Source: Squalus acanthias
Lineage: Eukaryota
Length of the DNA: 64,000 nt
Direction of reading: 5' to 3'
Assembly (NCBI GenBank): GCA_030390025.1
Contig: CM059428.1
Coordinates: 168,516,001 to 168,580,000 of the forward strand
Positions within the stretch are counted from its first letter, which is position 1; each line of letters opens with the position of its first letter. This document shows positions 51,501 through 61,344 of this stretch, in pieces. The notes under the pieces were generated by a model. That model was given only the letters and a program-made list of their open reading frames with translations, did no database searches and was not told the DNA's origin. The translations under genes were made by a program, and so were the position numbers.

Positions 51501-54500
51501 CTAAGCACGACTGCTCATTCTAAGAGCCAGCACAGGCACAATGCTCCGAATGGCCTCCTTCCGTGCTGTATGTTTCCATGATTCTATGAAAACTAACAGA
51601 ACCAAACAAAAAAAGGATCTTCCTTGGTTATTGATCATTTCGTCATATTTAAACAGAGTACTCTATACACCAACAACAACTTACATTTATATAGCTCCTT
51701 TAAAACATCACAGTAGCGTAGTCACACAATAATTGACACACATACTTTGTTGTGGTACATTGCACTTACACAAAGTTCCTTCACAGCTAATGTAGTACCA
51801 TTATTCAAGAAGGGTAGTAGGGATAAACCAGGGAATTACAGGCCAGTGAGCCTAACATCAGTGGTAGGGAAATTATTGGAAAAAATTCTGAGGGACAGAA
51901 TTACTCTCCACTTGGAGAGGCAAGATTAATCAAGGATAGTCAGCATGGCTTTGTCAGGGGGACATCATGTCTAACCAATTTGATTGAATTTTTCGAGGGG
52001 GTGACTAGGTGTGTAGATGAGGGTAGTGTAGTTGATGTAGTCTACATGGACTTCAGTAAGGCTTTTGACAAAGTCCCACATGGGAGACTGGTCAAGAAGG
52101 TAAGAGCCCATGGGATCCAGGGCAATTTGGCACATTGGATCCAAAATTGGCTTAGTGGCAGGAGGCAGAGGGTGATGGTCGAAGGTTGTTTTTGTGACTG
52201 GAAGCCTGTGTCCAGTGGTGTACCGCAGGGATTGATGCTGGGTCCTTTGCTGTTTGTAGTGTACATTAATGATTTAGATATGAATGTAGGAGGTATGATC
52301 AGTAAGTTTGCAGATGACACGAAAATTGGTGGAGTGGTAAATAGCGAGGAGGGAAGCCTCAGGCTACAGGATGATATAGACGGGTTGGTCAGATGGGCAG
52401 AACAGTGGCAAATGGAATTTAACCCTGAAAAGTGTGAGGTGATGCATTTTGGGAGGACTAACAAGGCAAGGGAATACACAATGAATGGTAGGACCCTAGG
52501 AAGGTCAGAGGATCAGAGGGACCTTGGTGTGCATGTACATAGATCCCTGAAGGCAGCAGGACAGGTAGATAAGGTGGTTAAAAAGGCATATGGGATACTT
52601 GCCTTCATTAGCCGAGGCATAGAATATAAGAGCAGGGAGGTTATGATGGAGCTGTACAAAACGCTAGTTAGGCCACAGCTGGAATACTGTGTGCAGTTCT
52701 GGTCGCCACACTATAGGAAGGATGTGATTGCATTGGAGAGGGTGCAGAGGAGATTCACCAGGATGTTACCTGGGCTGGAGTGTTTCAGCTATGAAGAGAG
52801 ACTGGACAGGCTAGGGTTGTTTTCCTTAGAGCAGAGAAGGCTGAGGGGGGACCTGATTGAGGTGTACAAAATTATGAGGGGCATAGATAGGGTAGATAGA
52901 AAAGAACTTTTCCCCTTAGTAGAGGGGTCAATAACCAGGGGGCATAGTTTCAAGGTAAGGGGCAGGAGGTTTAGAGGGGATTTGAGGAAAAACTTTTTCA
53001 CCCAGAGGGTGGTTGGAATCTGGAACTCACAGCCTGAAAGGGTGGTAGAGGCAGGAACCCTCAACATTCAAGAAGCATTTAGATGAGCACTTGAAACGCC
53101 ATAGCATACAAGGCTACGGACCAAGTGCTGGAAAATGGGATTAGAGTAGACAGGGCTTGATGGCCGGCGTGGACACAATGGGCCGAAGGGCCTCTTTCTG
53201 TGCTGTATAACTCTATGACTATGACTTACTGTAACAATTTTATTACAGTTGATATGAAGGCTGCGCTCACTCTGCTCATAGACCTGGGGCTGGATTTTGA
53301 TACTGGGGCGGGTTGGGGTCGTGTCATCCGCATTTCGTGTTATCCACCCGACTGCAATTGGATGTGGGAGATTGATGCAATTTTCACCTAATTGGGCAAT
53401 TGAGTTCCAGCATGTGGGAACCCAGGAACCAATTAGTGGTTTCAGTCTGAAAGTCGCCTCTGATGATGTCATCATTGCTGCTGCATTGAAGGTTTTCAGA
53501 GACTGCCTGGCCTTTGCTGTGAGTGGACCTGGATGCAAAATGAGCAGCAGCTGAGAGAGAGAGAGAGAGAGAATTTTTTTTGCATCCAGGTCCTCTCACA
53601 GCAAAGGCCAGGCAGTCTCTGAAGACATTCAATGCAGCAGCATCAGAGGCGACTTTCAAATAGTGGACCTGCAGCTGATAGTCAGCTATCCACTTGTGCT
53701 CCTGCCAGGTTTCACTGGCGTGTTTCACATCAGGCGTGCTTCACGTCAGAAAAGGGTTAAACTAGCTAAAACGTTTTAAAATGGCATGACAGAGCCAATT
53801 TAGGGCTTGTTAAGGGCTTTAATGGCCTCTCCCGCCTCTTGGAGGCGGGACGGAGTCGGGAACACCGCACACGATTTTATCAAAATTGCGTGGAGGCGGG
53901 ATCAGGTCTGCCCACCACTTTTCGCAATTTTAACCCCCCACACGCCTCCAAACCTGCCTCCACGGCCCTATGAAAATCCAGCCCCTGGTCTCCAAAGGAT
54001 GCAAAACAGGAGTAATGTTGCCGAACTCAGCTCTTTTTGATAAGAAAATATCAACTATTTAGCCTCACCCGGAAATGCACAAAAGAGGCAGCAGTGCTCA
54101 TTGGCTGCCCAGGAAAGTACTATTAATTTCTTCACCCAGAGAGTGGTGAGAATGTGGAACATGCGACCACAGGGAGTAGTTGAAGCGAATAGTATGGATG
54201 CATTTAAGGGGAAGCTAGATAACACATGGGAGAAAGGAATAGAAGGGTATGTTGATAGGGTGAGATGAAGAGAGATGGGAGGAGGCTCGTGTGGAGCATA
54301 AACACCGCATGGACCAGTTGGGCTGAATGGCATGTTTCTGTGATGTACAGTCTATGAAACAATTCTCTGTCAAGTTTCAAGACTCTTAGACATGCATGAG
54401 ACCCATGTGTGAACTCCAGGAACAAGCCGAGAGATGTATTTATGGCAAAAAAGAAAACAGTTGCAGAGAGCTTACACCAACCTATCACATCATCCTGAAG

Positions 54501-56692
54501 GAGGAATCAGTCTAACAGACACATTGCTTTGCCAAAGCCCCTCACGTAAAAATCTGGATTAACCAGTTGGTAATAAGTAAGCCTGGTACATGGCATTAGA
54601 CTTGGATGTCAAGAACATCAAGATGGTTGGTACATCACAAGCTGCACAGGTTGAATGCATGTGTCCATTGCATAGCTGAAGTGGAAACTTTAAGGCTTGA
54701 GGCATTAGTGCTTGAAGGCATTACCTGCAGACCAGATATGAGAACATGCACCCAATTATCAGAGGTTCGGTGCTCTCAAAATTGGGTTGCAGAGAGTTAT
54801 TTCTTTGTTGAAGGTAAGTACCTCCACCTGGCCGAACTACCATTCATAAGAACATAAGAAATAGGAGCAGGAGTAGGCCAATCGGCCCTTCGAGCCTGCT
54901 CCGCCATTCAATAAGATCATGGCTGATCTGATCCTCACCTCAAATCTAAAGAACACAAGAAGTAGGAGCAGGACCTGGCCACTCAGCCCCTGGGCCCGCT
55001 ACGCCACCCACAGGGCCTCGACCGATCCGAACTCAGCCTCATGTCCAATTTCCTGCCCGCTCCCCGTAACCCCTAATTCCCTTTACTTCTAGGAAACTGT
55101 CTATTTCTGTTTTAAATTTATTTAATGATGTAGCTTCCACAGCTTCCTGGGGCAGCAAATTCCACAGACCTACTACCCTCTGAGTGAAGAAGTTTCTCCT
55201 CATCTCAGTTTTGAAAGAGCATCTGCCAAATGGGAACCATTTATCCCAATCCCATTCAATAGCGTATGATGTGTGTCCATGCTGTGGTCAGAAGGATGCA
55301 CTCACTCATTTTATGGGGAGCTGTGCTATTCACCAGGTTGCTTGTGAGGAAGTCCTGGGTATCTAGGCAGTGAATTTCCATGGGGTTTCTCCCACTCATC
55401 ACACTTTGGTGGAAGAGCCGTGGAAATACCAGGAAAATATTCTGCTGACGTTATGGCAGACAAGCAGGAGAACCCGCATGAAAATTCACCCCCCACCTCA
55501 ATGTCTACCCAGTGAGGGCTCACATCCACACTTGTCAGCTGTTTATGTTCTTTGTGGTAAAGGAGAGATAAGCTGGGTCTCTATGGGGTTAAGTTGGCTC
55601 CAAGTTGACATGTCTGCCCCTCGAGCCTGTTCCACCATTCAATGGGATCATGGCTGATCTGTGAACTAACTCCGTATACTCGCCTTTGTCACTTATCCCT
55701 TAATACCTTTGGTTAACAAAAATCTATCAATCTCAGATTTAAAATCAACAACTGACCTAGCATCCATTGCCGTTTGCGGAAGAGAGTTCCAAACTTCTCC
55801 CACTTTATGCATGTAGAAGTGTTTCCTAACTTCACTCCTGAAAGGTCTGGCTCTAATTTTTAGACTATGCCCCCTAGTCCTAGACTCCCCAACCAGCAGA
55901 AATACTTTCTCTCTATCTACCCTATCTGTTCCCCTCAATATCTTGAAAACTTCAATCAAATCACCCCTTAATCTTCTAAATTCCAGGGAATACAACCCTA
56001 GTTTGTGTAATCTCTCCTTGTAATTTAACCCTTGGAGTCCAGGTATCATTCTGGTAATGTCCAGATATCATTCACCTGAGTGTAACAGTGGAACCTTCCC
56101 TCAGCAAAGATTCATAGTTTCAAGAGAGAGAGAGAGAATTTCTAGAAGGAGCAAAAAAATCATTGCAATCGAATAGCCTTCACTGCAACACTATGGTGAC
56201 ACATTTAATACACTCTGTTTAAAGTTGTGGCACCAACAGAGTAACTGTGTAAAACCACTTAACTGCAACTTGTTTCTTGATCAGTCACATATTTTGCACA
56301 GCACCAGATGACAGCATTATAGAGAGGGACTACTGTATAAACTAGCCATGTTAGTCTGATTTGAGTAGGAATCAAAATGAAAAGTTAAAAAATGGTTATC
56401 GTTCTATTATACATTTTGTTCCTACCATTAATTTTCAAGGAAGCACTGGTCTGTTGGTCTCCAGTGTCGCAAGTGTATCTTCCACTATCATCTGGTTTGA
56501 GTTTGTGAATAACCAGCTCAACAATGGATCCTTTTTGCTTCATGTCATATTTGGCACTGGGATGAAGTGAAGTGGATCCTTTTTTCCATTGCACCGCTGC
56601 ATCTGCTCTGCTAATTTCACAATGCAGTATGACAGATTCGTTCTCTTGAGCTTCTTCATCCTTAAGTTCTTGCTTGAAGATCGTAGGCAAGG
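514..56692 (-). CDS. OBSCN: Internal Ig-repeat region of a giant muscle protein gene, most likely obscurin (spliced; 5' and 3' ends outside the window)
   Basis: Repeated 89-codon exons of the form (A)[38 protein letters not shown]...[41 protein letters not shown]. Each has an AG acceptor and GT donor in phase 1. One Ig per exon with this motif is the architecture of the obscurin tandem Ig region. Confidence 0.85.
544..4693 (+). mobile_element. CR1-clade LINE, 5'-truncated within ORF1, disabled
   Basis: ORF1 pieces: CxxC/coiled region and SGNH esterase motifs (GDS, GTND, DGLH), ending at 1468. ORF2 pieces: APE endonuclease (YLNARS, ITETWL, GDFN, SDH) and RT ([14 protein letters not shown]) at 1519-4466, broken by frameshifts and stops near 2480-2600 and 3374. 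TTCTTATG-type tail. Confidence 0.95.
4799..5065 (-). CDS. OBSCN: Ig-domain exon, 267 nt, phase 1-1
   Basis: tcccttag|CC CTT CCT GTG ... AAG G|gtagga; open frame. Confidence 0.9.
5754..6540. mobile_element. PIF/Harbinger-type MITE
   Basis: Termini gggcgcgatcttgcc / ggcaaaatccagccc, 3-bp TSD TTT, several internal hairpins (6200-6350). Confidence 0.8.
7030..8000. mobile_element. GC-rich Harbinger-type MITE with a large internal inverted repeat
   Basis: Termini gggggaaaaattgagtcgc / gcaactgaatttttccccc; the host CR1 resumes at 8001; internal arms 7348-7593 and 7711-7956. Confidence 0.8.
8349..8615 (-). CDS. OBSCN: Ig-domain exon, 267 nt
   Basis: Canonical AG/GT, open frame (ORF 8317-8607). Confidence 0.9.
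8948..9090 (+). mobile_element. CR1 3'-end fragment
   Basis: gatcagccatgatcttattgaatggcggagcaggctcgagggg... stem-loop followed by a TTCTTATG tail. Confidence 0.85.
9504..9770 (-). CDS. OBSCN: Ig-domain exon, 267 nt
   Basis: Canonical AG/GT, open frame (ORF 9472-9762). Confidence 0.9.
10481..10747 (-). CDS. OBSCN: Ig-domain exon, 267 nt
   Basis: Canonical AG/GT, open frame (ORF 10449-10739). Confidence 0.9.
10964..11062 (-). pseudogene. Truncated Ig exon (N-terminal third), possible in-frame 99-nt mini-exon
   Basis: cctcag|CC CTG GCT CTG CTT TTC AAA CAA GAG ... TGT GAG GTT ACA AAA CCT AAT GCA GTT T|gtaagt, encoding [33 protein letters not shown]. Confidence 0.8.
11512..12073. mobile_element. 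Harbinger-type MITE (degenerate)
   Basis: gggttgatt ... aattgaccc termini, ATA TSD. Confidence 0.6.
12453..12720 (-). pseudogene. Ig exon with +1 frameshift (268 nt)
   Basis: Splice sites intact. An extra base in the T run at 12523-12526 shifts [11 protein letters not shown] out of frame. Confidence 0.8.
14276..14635 (-). mobile_element. CR1 3' fragment
   Basis: catagaat tail repeat, 3' stem-loop and RT C-terminal sequence. Confidence 0.85.
15817..15947. mobile_element. Penelope-like (PLE) terminal fragment, hammerhead core partly deleted
   Basis: ggtcatcgacctgaaacgttaactctgtttctctctccacagatgctgcc matches 41083-41170; flanked by a duplicated tccaatttcacccc. Confidence 0.7.
16158..16424 (-). 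CDS. OBSCN: Ig-domain exon, 267 nt
   Basis: ctttag|CT CTA CCT GTG ... AAG G|gtagga; open frame. Confidence 0.9.
18586..18985 (-). pseudogene. Ig exon disrupted by a ~150-bp inverted insertion
   Basis: 5' part [26 protein letters not shown] and 3' part APVLWKKG...AFLKVK are separated by 18763-18909; there is an in-frame TGA inside the insert. Confidence 0.85.
20456..20722 (-). CDS. OBSCN: Ig-domain exon ([12 protein letters not shown] type, copy A)
   Basis: Canonical AG/GT, 267 nt, open. Confidence 0.9.
21647..21912 (-). pseudogene. Ig exon ([12 protein letters not shown] type, copy A) with 1-nt deletion
   Basis: 266 nt; reads ttctcagcatc where copies B and C read ttctccagcatc (near 21702). 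Confidence 0.75.
22806..22957 (+). repeat. Two-copy direct repeat (78-bp period) in the CR1 5' UTR
   Basis: agaggcggcggacctgg...gaccaggtaggc at 22806 and 22884. Confidence 0.9.
23012..23051 (+). promoter_or_regulatory. CRE palindrome, inverted CCAAT and splice-donor motifs in the CR1 5' UTR
   Basis: GTGACGTCAC at 23012-23021; CAG|GTAAGT near 23031; ATTGG near 23039; GTGAGT near 23047. Motif matches only. Confidence 0.4.
26711..27020 (-). mobile_element. L2-clade LINE 3' fragment (continues at 22590-22699; paralogues ~33358-33750 and ~37287-37705)
   Basis: [12 protein letters not shown]...[20 protein letters not shown], a typical L2 ORF2 C-terminus. Confidence 0.8.
27147..28204 (-). mobile_element. 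Young 5'-truncated CR1
   Basis: Uninterrupted RT C-terminal frame (FADD...GERAGNWT), TAAG duplication, empty site in units B and C. Confidence 0.95.
28391..28618 (-). mobile_element. CR1 3' fragment
   Basis: Reverse complement similar to 26475-26710; absent from unit B. Confidence 0.9.
29290..29492 (-). mobile_element. 3' end of a different non-LTR retrotransposon (also ~19450-19650, ~34695-34895, ~58350-58470)
   Basis: [19 protein letters not shown] coding end plus a gggcaattagggatggg tail; clade not determined. Confidence 0.65.
30289..30555 (-). CDS. OBSCN: Ig-domain exon (copy B of 20456-20722)
   Basis: Canonical AG/GT, 267 nt, open. Confidence 0.9.
31654..31920 (-). CDS. OBSCN: Ig-domain exon (copy B of 21647-21912, intact)
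   Basis: ttctag|CG CTT CCA GTG ... AAA G|gtaagg, 267 nt. Confidence 0.9.
32136..32902. mobile_element. Harbinger-type MITE
   Basis: gggacagaaattcggct / agccgaatttcggcccc termini, ATT TSD, empty site in units A and C. Confidence 0.9.
35696..35962 (-). CDS. OBSCN: Ig-domain exon (copy C of 20456-20722)
   Basis: Canonical AG/GT, 267 nt, open. Confidence 0.9.
36336..36602 (-). CDS. OBSCN: Ig-domain exon (copy C of 21647-21912, intact)
   Basis: Canonical AG/GT, 267 nt, open. Confidence 0.9.
39026..39619. mobile_element. Harbinger-type MITE
   Basis: gggctggattttg / caaaatccagccc TIRs, TAT TSD; same family as 53287-53984 in opposite orientation. Confidence 0.9.
40927..41172 (+). mobile_element. 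Penelope-like element 3' fragment replacing the Harbinger transposase core
   Basis: Pyrimidine-rich tract plus hammerhead-containing terminus, homologous to the reverse complement of 60055-60340. Confidence 0.75.
41070..41106 (+). ncRNA. Minimal type I hammerhead ribozyme motif (PLE-associated)
   Basis: agtt CTGACGA a aggtc-ttc-gacct GAAA cg TT aact: intact core, stem I agtt/aact, stem II aggtc/gacct, palindromic ACGU stem III. Confidence 0.75.
43000..43266 (-). CDS. OBSCN: Ig-domain exon, 267 nt
   Basis: ctaccag|CC CTT CCG GTA ... AAA G|gtatgg; open. Confidence 0.9.
43555..43640 (+). mobile_element. Short PLE-derived insertion with a mutated hammerhead motif
   Basis: tcac CTGACGA a ggagc-aac-gctcc tAAA gc tt gtga (GAAA changed to TAAA); flanked by a duplicated ctttaaagct. 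Confidence 0.7.
44085..44368 (-). mobile_element. tRNA-derived SINE (family also at ~49930-50310 on +)
   Basis: Head with an A/B-box-like gagttcaaattcc; shared body aaacccaactggttcacta. Confidence 0.65.
47018..47405 (+). mobile_element. tRNA-headed SINE resembling DeuSINE/SacSINE1 (other pieces at 46530-46670, 50440-50685 on -, 61240-61340)
   Basis: tgactcagtggt A-box, ggttcaagctcc B-box, gctgacacttcagtgca body, aaaggcg.tatataaatgcaa tail. Family name is from recall, not a search. Confidence 0.7.
51783..53226 (+). mobile_element. 5'-truncated CR1 LINE
   Basis: RT ORF 51980-53086, CTATGA tail. Confidence 0.95.
53287..53984. mobile_element. Harbinger-type MITE
   Basis: gggctggatttt / aaaatccagccc TIRs, CTG TSD. 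Confidence 0.9.
54847..55221 (-). mobile_element. CR1 3' fragment, apparently identical to 27151-27525
   Basis: No mismatches seen by eye over ~370 bp. Confidence 0.9.
55616..56057 (-). mobile_element. CR1 3' fragment
   Basis: ORF 55693-56049 ([17 protein letters not shown]). Confidence 0.9.
56426..56692 (-). CDS. OBSCN: Ig-domain exon, 267 nt (5'-most in the window, most divergent)
   Basis: aaacag|CC TTG CCT ACG ... AAT G|gtagga; open. Confidence 0.9.
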
Positions 56693-57605
56693 CTGTTTGG
56701 GCAACATTAAAGACTGAATATTATAACAACAACTTGTAATGTCCCATCTTTTTACTTGTATATGGAAAATGAGGCAGCGTTTCTCACTGCACTCTGCTCT
56801 CCCTCTTACAGCAAATAGCAGTGGATGAACAAAACCGAGGATGATGAAATGCATTTCACTTCGAGGATATCACAAGGACAAAAGAAAAATCTAAGGCAAG
56901 AAAATGCCATTCAATTCAGCAGACCCTGTTCCATCCAGAGTCCACTTGTGATTGTTTTATCACAGAATTCTCACAACTGCACATATTGATCCCATGTTTT
57001 AAGCAACATTAAATTCCCTTCCCTACTTTCCCTGAAAAAAAAATCAAACGGCTGTTACATTAACCACAACTCTGAATCAACCGGAAATAACAATAGAAAA
57101 TGCTGGAAATACAAAACAGCATTTGTAAAGAGAAAAGACAGGTTATGTCAGGTGAGTAACCCTTCATCAGAACATGTGAATGACTGGAGTCTGCAACAAT
57201 ATCAGGATTTCCTCTATTAATGTGTGGCTAATCCTACAACAAATGATTATTAAAGGTCTCTTGAACGAAGAATTAGTGCAGTCATAATTAATTCCTCAAA
57301 CATATGTGGTCAAGGATTAAGATATCAAATGTTTGAAAGGAATTATTTATTTTTGTATGTTTCCAACTTTCTTCAAACCTATGGGTCAATCCTTAAATGA
57401 GAATGTTTTGTCCAAACTTGTGATTATATTTCTCTTCATTTTCTCTACTCTTCTCCTGAATAATTTGTCTAGATTTTCCAATATGGATTCAATTTACATC
57501 CTATTGGTTTGAAACAGGTGTTATTGCTGACCTGAAGTAAAGATTGCTGTTTGAACCTAATTTTCCACGATAAGCTTATCATAATTGTGCATAGCTTCAG
57601 ATATA

Positions 57606-57786
57606 GGGGTACATTTTCAACTTGCGGCCTGGGTGTAAAACTGGTGTTGCGAATCGGCCACCTGTTACAGAGACTGCTCAATTTTCATTTCTGTTGATTT
57701 CAAATGGAAATTAGAATTAAGCTGTTTCTATTATGGACGACCCATCTGCAATTTTACACCCGGACAGCAAGTTGAACATCTACCCC
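57606..57786. mobile_element. Short palindromic Harbinger-type MITE (related relic at ~12146-12305)
   Basis: ggggtacattttcaacttgc / gcaagttgaacatctacccc, ATA TSD, imperfect foldback over the whole length. Confidence 0.75.
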
Positions 57787-60054
57787 ATAGATTTGGATTT
57801 TTTGAAGGAGTGCACTTGTGCTGGGTACACAAAATTGCATGCAAGTAAAAGTACAAATAACTAAAGGACATAGGGAGCAAAGAACCTCACAATCTTCAGA
57901 AAACTTTTTTCCAAGGCTGAATGGGGAAGAGAGCAAAGAAGTGACAGGTAAAAGTGAAGTGAAAGAAAACCCAAAATGCAGTCATGAGTCTGCAGGCAAG
58001 TGACGGTGCAGCCCAACACGTGACACCTTGTCTGAGGGCTGCTGAAGTGGAGGTGGTGCTGGATAAGGTGATTGTGAAAACGGAGGTCAGTATTGCAGCA
58101 TGCCTCGTAACTTATTAGTAATACCATTAGTTGTACCAGCCCTACGGTGCATGGCAGCTGCAGGTGTCCTCGCAGCATATGGCACAATTCTGCATTTGGC
58201 TCTCCGATTACGCAGATCCTGTGAAGGTAGTTCCCCATGGTAGTTGCCAGGTGAGCGGCCAATACCTGCACATGTGGTTGGTGGCATCTTGGCGGGTACA
58301 GCTAATTATGCAATTCTAGTTGTTTATCACCCCCACGTGCCTTTTTTCAAGCTGGAGCACTGAAATACCACACGGACTGCAGCGGTTCAAGGCGGCAGCT
58401 CACCACCACCTTCTCAAAGGCAATTAAGGATGGGCAATAAATGCTGGCCTTGCCACATCTCGTGAATGAATTTTTAAAAAACTATGAAATACTGTGATTG
58501 GAGTGCTGGTGAGGAAGCATCCAGCATTATAGTTAGTCAGACATTTATGTATCTTATTTGTGTCATCAAGTCTGTTGTCCCAGCTTCCTTTGGGAATATG
58601 AGCCTCCACATGAATAAATCCTCTTGACAAATTTTGCAGGAAATAGCAAATAGAGCAGTCTGATCTCCCTTTTCACTCTTCTTCTTCCTCAAAAAGCATC
58701 AGTGATTTAAACACATAATTTTACCTGAATTTCACCTTGTACTCTCGATGAACTGCTGCATACTTACCATTACTCAGCAACCCTGGACATCCATTTCACA
58801 TGGATGCAGTTATGAACGGTTATAGTTAAGAATGGGTGTCCTGCATACACAATCTTCGTGATATAGCTGCAGGATATACTCGCCCACATTATAATTTTAA
58901 AAGAGGCTTCATCCTGTTTCAGAGGGGAACCTCCGGTTCCCAATGCTTTATGCATCAAAAACAGTATAACGGATCTCTGCCCACTTTTCTAACTGGGTTC
59001 ACCTGATTTACATCTGAAAGCCGGCTGAACCTGATTGGAAAATTAAGGGTACTGACTCTTAGTGGGATACAAATCCAATCTAAAGTCACCCTCCACCTCA
59101 CCCAAGTGGTCATTCTCCTTTTTATTAAAAAAAACCAAAATGTTCTTGTCTTGCCAATTTTCTCCCCATCTCTCTTGTAGGAATTAACTTCTTGCTGGGT
59201 ATGGCTCCACAGGTGCCACAACAATTCCAGTATCTTGGCCATGGGAGATTATTTACGTATGAGCCTTGCCAGTAAGTGTCAGCAAGCCATTTGACCATAT
59301 GGTTAATTAAAGTCAAGCCTGATCCTCTAGTCACCGAAAGGTCACACACAAGCACTTCCAGCAGAGTCCACGTTTCAGGAAGGTTCGCTGTACACAGATC
59401 AGCGAATCCTATTCAATCTTTCCCTCCCTGACTCAGGATCTAAGGCTGATTGTTGTACCTTTACTGCCGCCCAAGCTGATATCAACCAATGCAGCACAAG
59501 CTGGGACCAAGGATGTAACCTACGTCCTTCCTGATCTGTGTGGCTCAGCCATTCATTGGGTAAATTCACTGACACATCATGGGAGCTAAGCGTCCATTCT
59601 TATATAGCCACATAGATATGTACGGGATCGGAAAGGTCTATTGTGATATGTATGGCCGGTATCAAAGTTCAAAAGTGTTCCCTTTTCTTTAAATGAACCC
59701 TGATGTGAAGTGTCGGCAAACTATTCAATTATGGAGTGCATCATGACCAAACCCAAACTTGTCCTCCTCTGACAATCATGTGCATACACTTTTCAGCGGT
59801 AGTCACTGCATAGTGATCAGGAGTAGGAATCTTAGCTGATTTACCGCTCCACTATAGCCAGGTTTACCACCCAATCTGCTGCCCAGTCTGAGATCAGGAA
59901 TTGAACTAGGACACTCAAGAGGCCATCAGGGACCTCCAAACCTGTGTTCAAATGAACTGTGTAGTTCTTCCAGTATACAAAGCATATAACAATCCCAACA
60001 GCTCTAATTTCTTGTTTATCCAATGAGTAATTCAGCCACCAGACTAAGAAGGAA

Positions 60055-60535
60055 CAAGAAATAACAACAGAAAGTGCTGGAAACACTCAACAGGTCAGGC
60101 AGCATCGAGGAGAGAGAAGCAGAGTCAACGTTTCAGGTTGAACCCTTCATCGGAACTGGAAAAGGTTAGGGAGGAAAGATTTTTAAGCAGGGGCAGGGAG
60201 GAGGGGAGGAAAGAACAAAGGGAAGGTCTATGATAGGATGGAAGGCAGGAGAGATGGACTGACAAAAGGGATGATAGTGCAAGGCAAAAGGAGAGGTAAT
60301 GGGACAAGTTAAGAAACAAAAGCTGGCTCTAGATGATGCGTGAATGATAATGGCAGCAACATTAACAGCTACCATGTGAGGAAACAAGAGGAAAAAAATA
60401 TATAAAGAAATACAGGGGCCAATTTATAGTCTGAAATTGTTGAACTCGACGTTAAGTCCAGAAGGCTGTAAAGTGCCTAATAGAAAGAGGTGCTGTTCCT
60501 CGAGCTTACGTTGAGCTTCGTTGGAACAAGGCAAG
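60055..60535 (-). mobile_element. Penelope-like element 3' region (GIY-YIG C-terminus plus mutated hammerhead)
   Basis: CSNEAQRKLEEQHLFLLGTLQPSGLNVEF. The minus strand at 60122-60158 reads agttCCGATGAagggttcaacctGAAAcgttgact. Confidence 0.8.
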
Positions 60536-61344
60536 TCCAGAAGGAGGAGTCTTGCGAGGGTCTCGTGACTGGGGGTTGGGGGGAAGCCCAGTACAGTAGA
60601 GGCCCAGACTTTCCTTGTGGGGCCTGAAGGAGCTCTCCAATAAGTGCACATGCTAGAACAGCTCCATGTAATAAGACAACTCTGGAAGTCCTGCAAAAAA
60701 AACAATTAACCTTTTTGGAAAAATAGCACCAGTGCTATGGCAGTGGCGGAAGGAATCAATGCTGTCTCACCAGTGCACCGAACCTGGTGAGGAAGACATT
60801 TGCTGGTCTGAGAAAGGTTGCCAAGGTACATCTGCACACACATTGCTTAATTTTATGTGGTCTTACAAAGGATCTTAATAGCACTGCGGTTTAAGGTTAG
60901 GCAGCAGCACATATAGAAAATACACAGCACTTTGAAAACTGTTCGTGCACTATTTCTTTGTTCCTTCTCATTCTCCAGAACCTGCAAATAGAGGGTGATG
61001 GCCAAAGCTCCTATATTGGCAACACACAATGACTGACAGTTCCTTGGGTAGAGAGTCACATGTAGCAGACGGATACAGCTTCTCACACAGGATGTTTGCA
61101 CACAAAAGGGAGGAGTACTCCTGATTCTCCTGCCTCTATGAATTTTTACCCAAAAAATGGAAACTTACCTTCCTAGGCCACATCCGCATCCGGAAAACCT
61201 GAGCGAAGCAGGCCCAATTTCTCGGAGGGGACCTAAAACAGGTGTGACTACACTTCCAATGTACTTCATTGGCTGTAAAGCGCTTTGGAACATCCTGAGA
61301 TTGTGAAAGGTGCTGTATAAAATGCAAGACTTTCTTTCTTCTGG

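Noticed and set aside
4799-56692. Titin or OBSL1 as the host gene
   Set aside because: The uniform one-Ig-per-exon ALPVxF...APVEWRKG...GEYTCDSG repeats fit the obscurin tandem region better. OBSL1 is not formally excluded without flanking domains.
58760-58960. Possible exon next to a GTAAGT donor near 58765 on the minus strand
   Set aside because: No Ig or other obscurin-like translation recognised and no clear acceptor.
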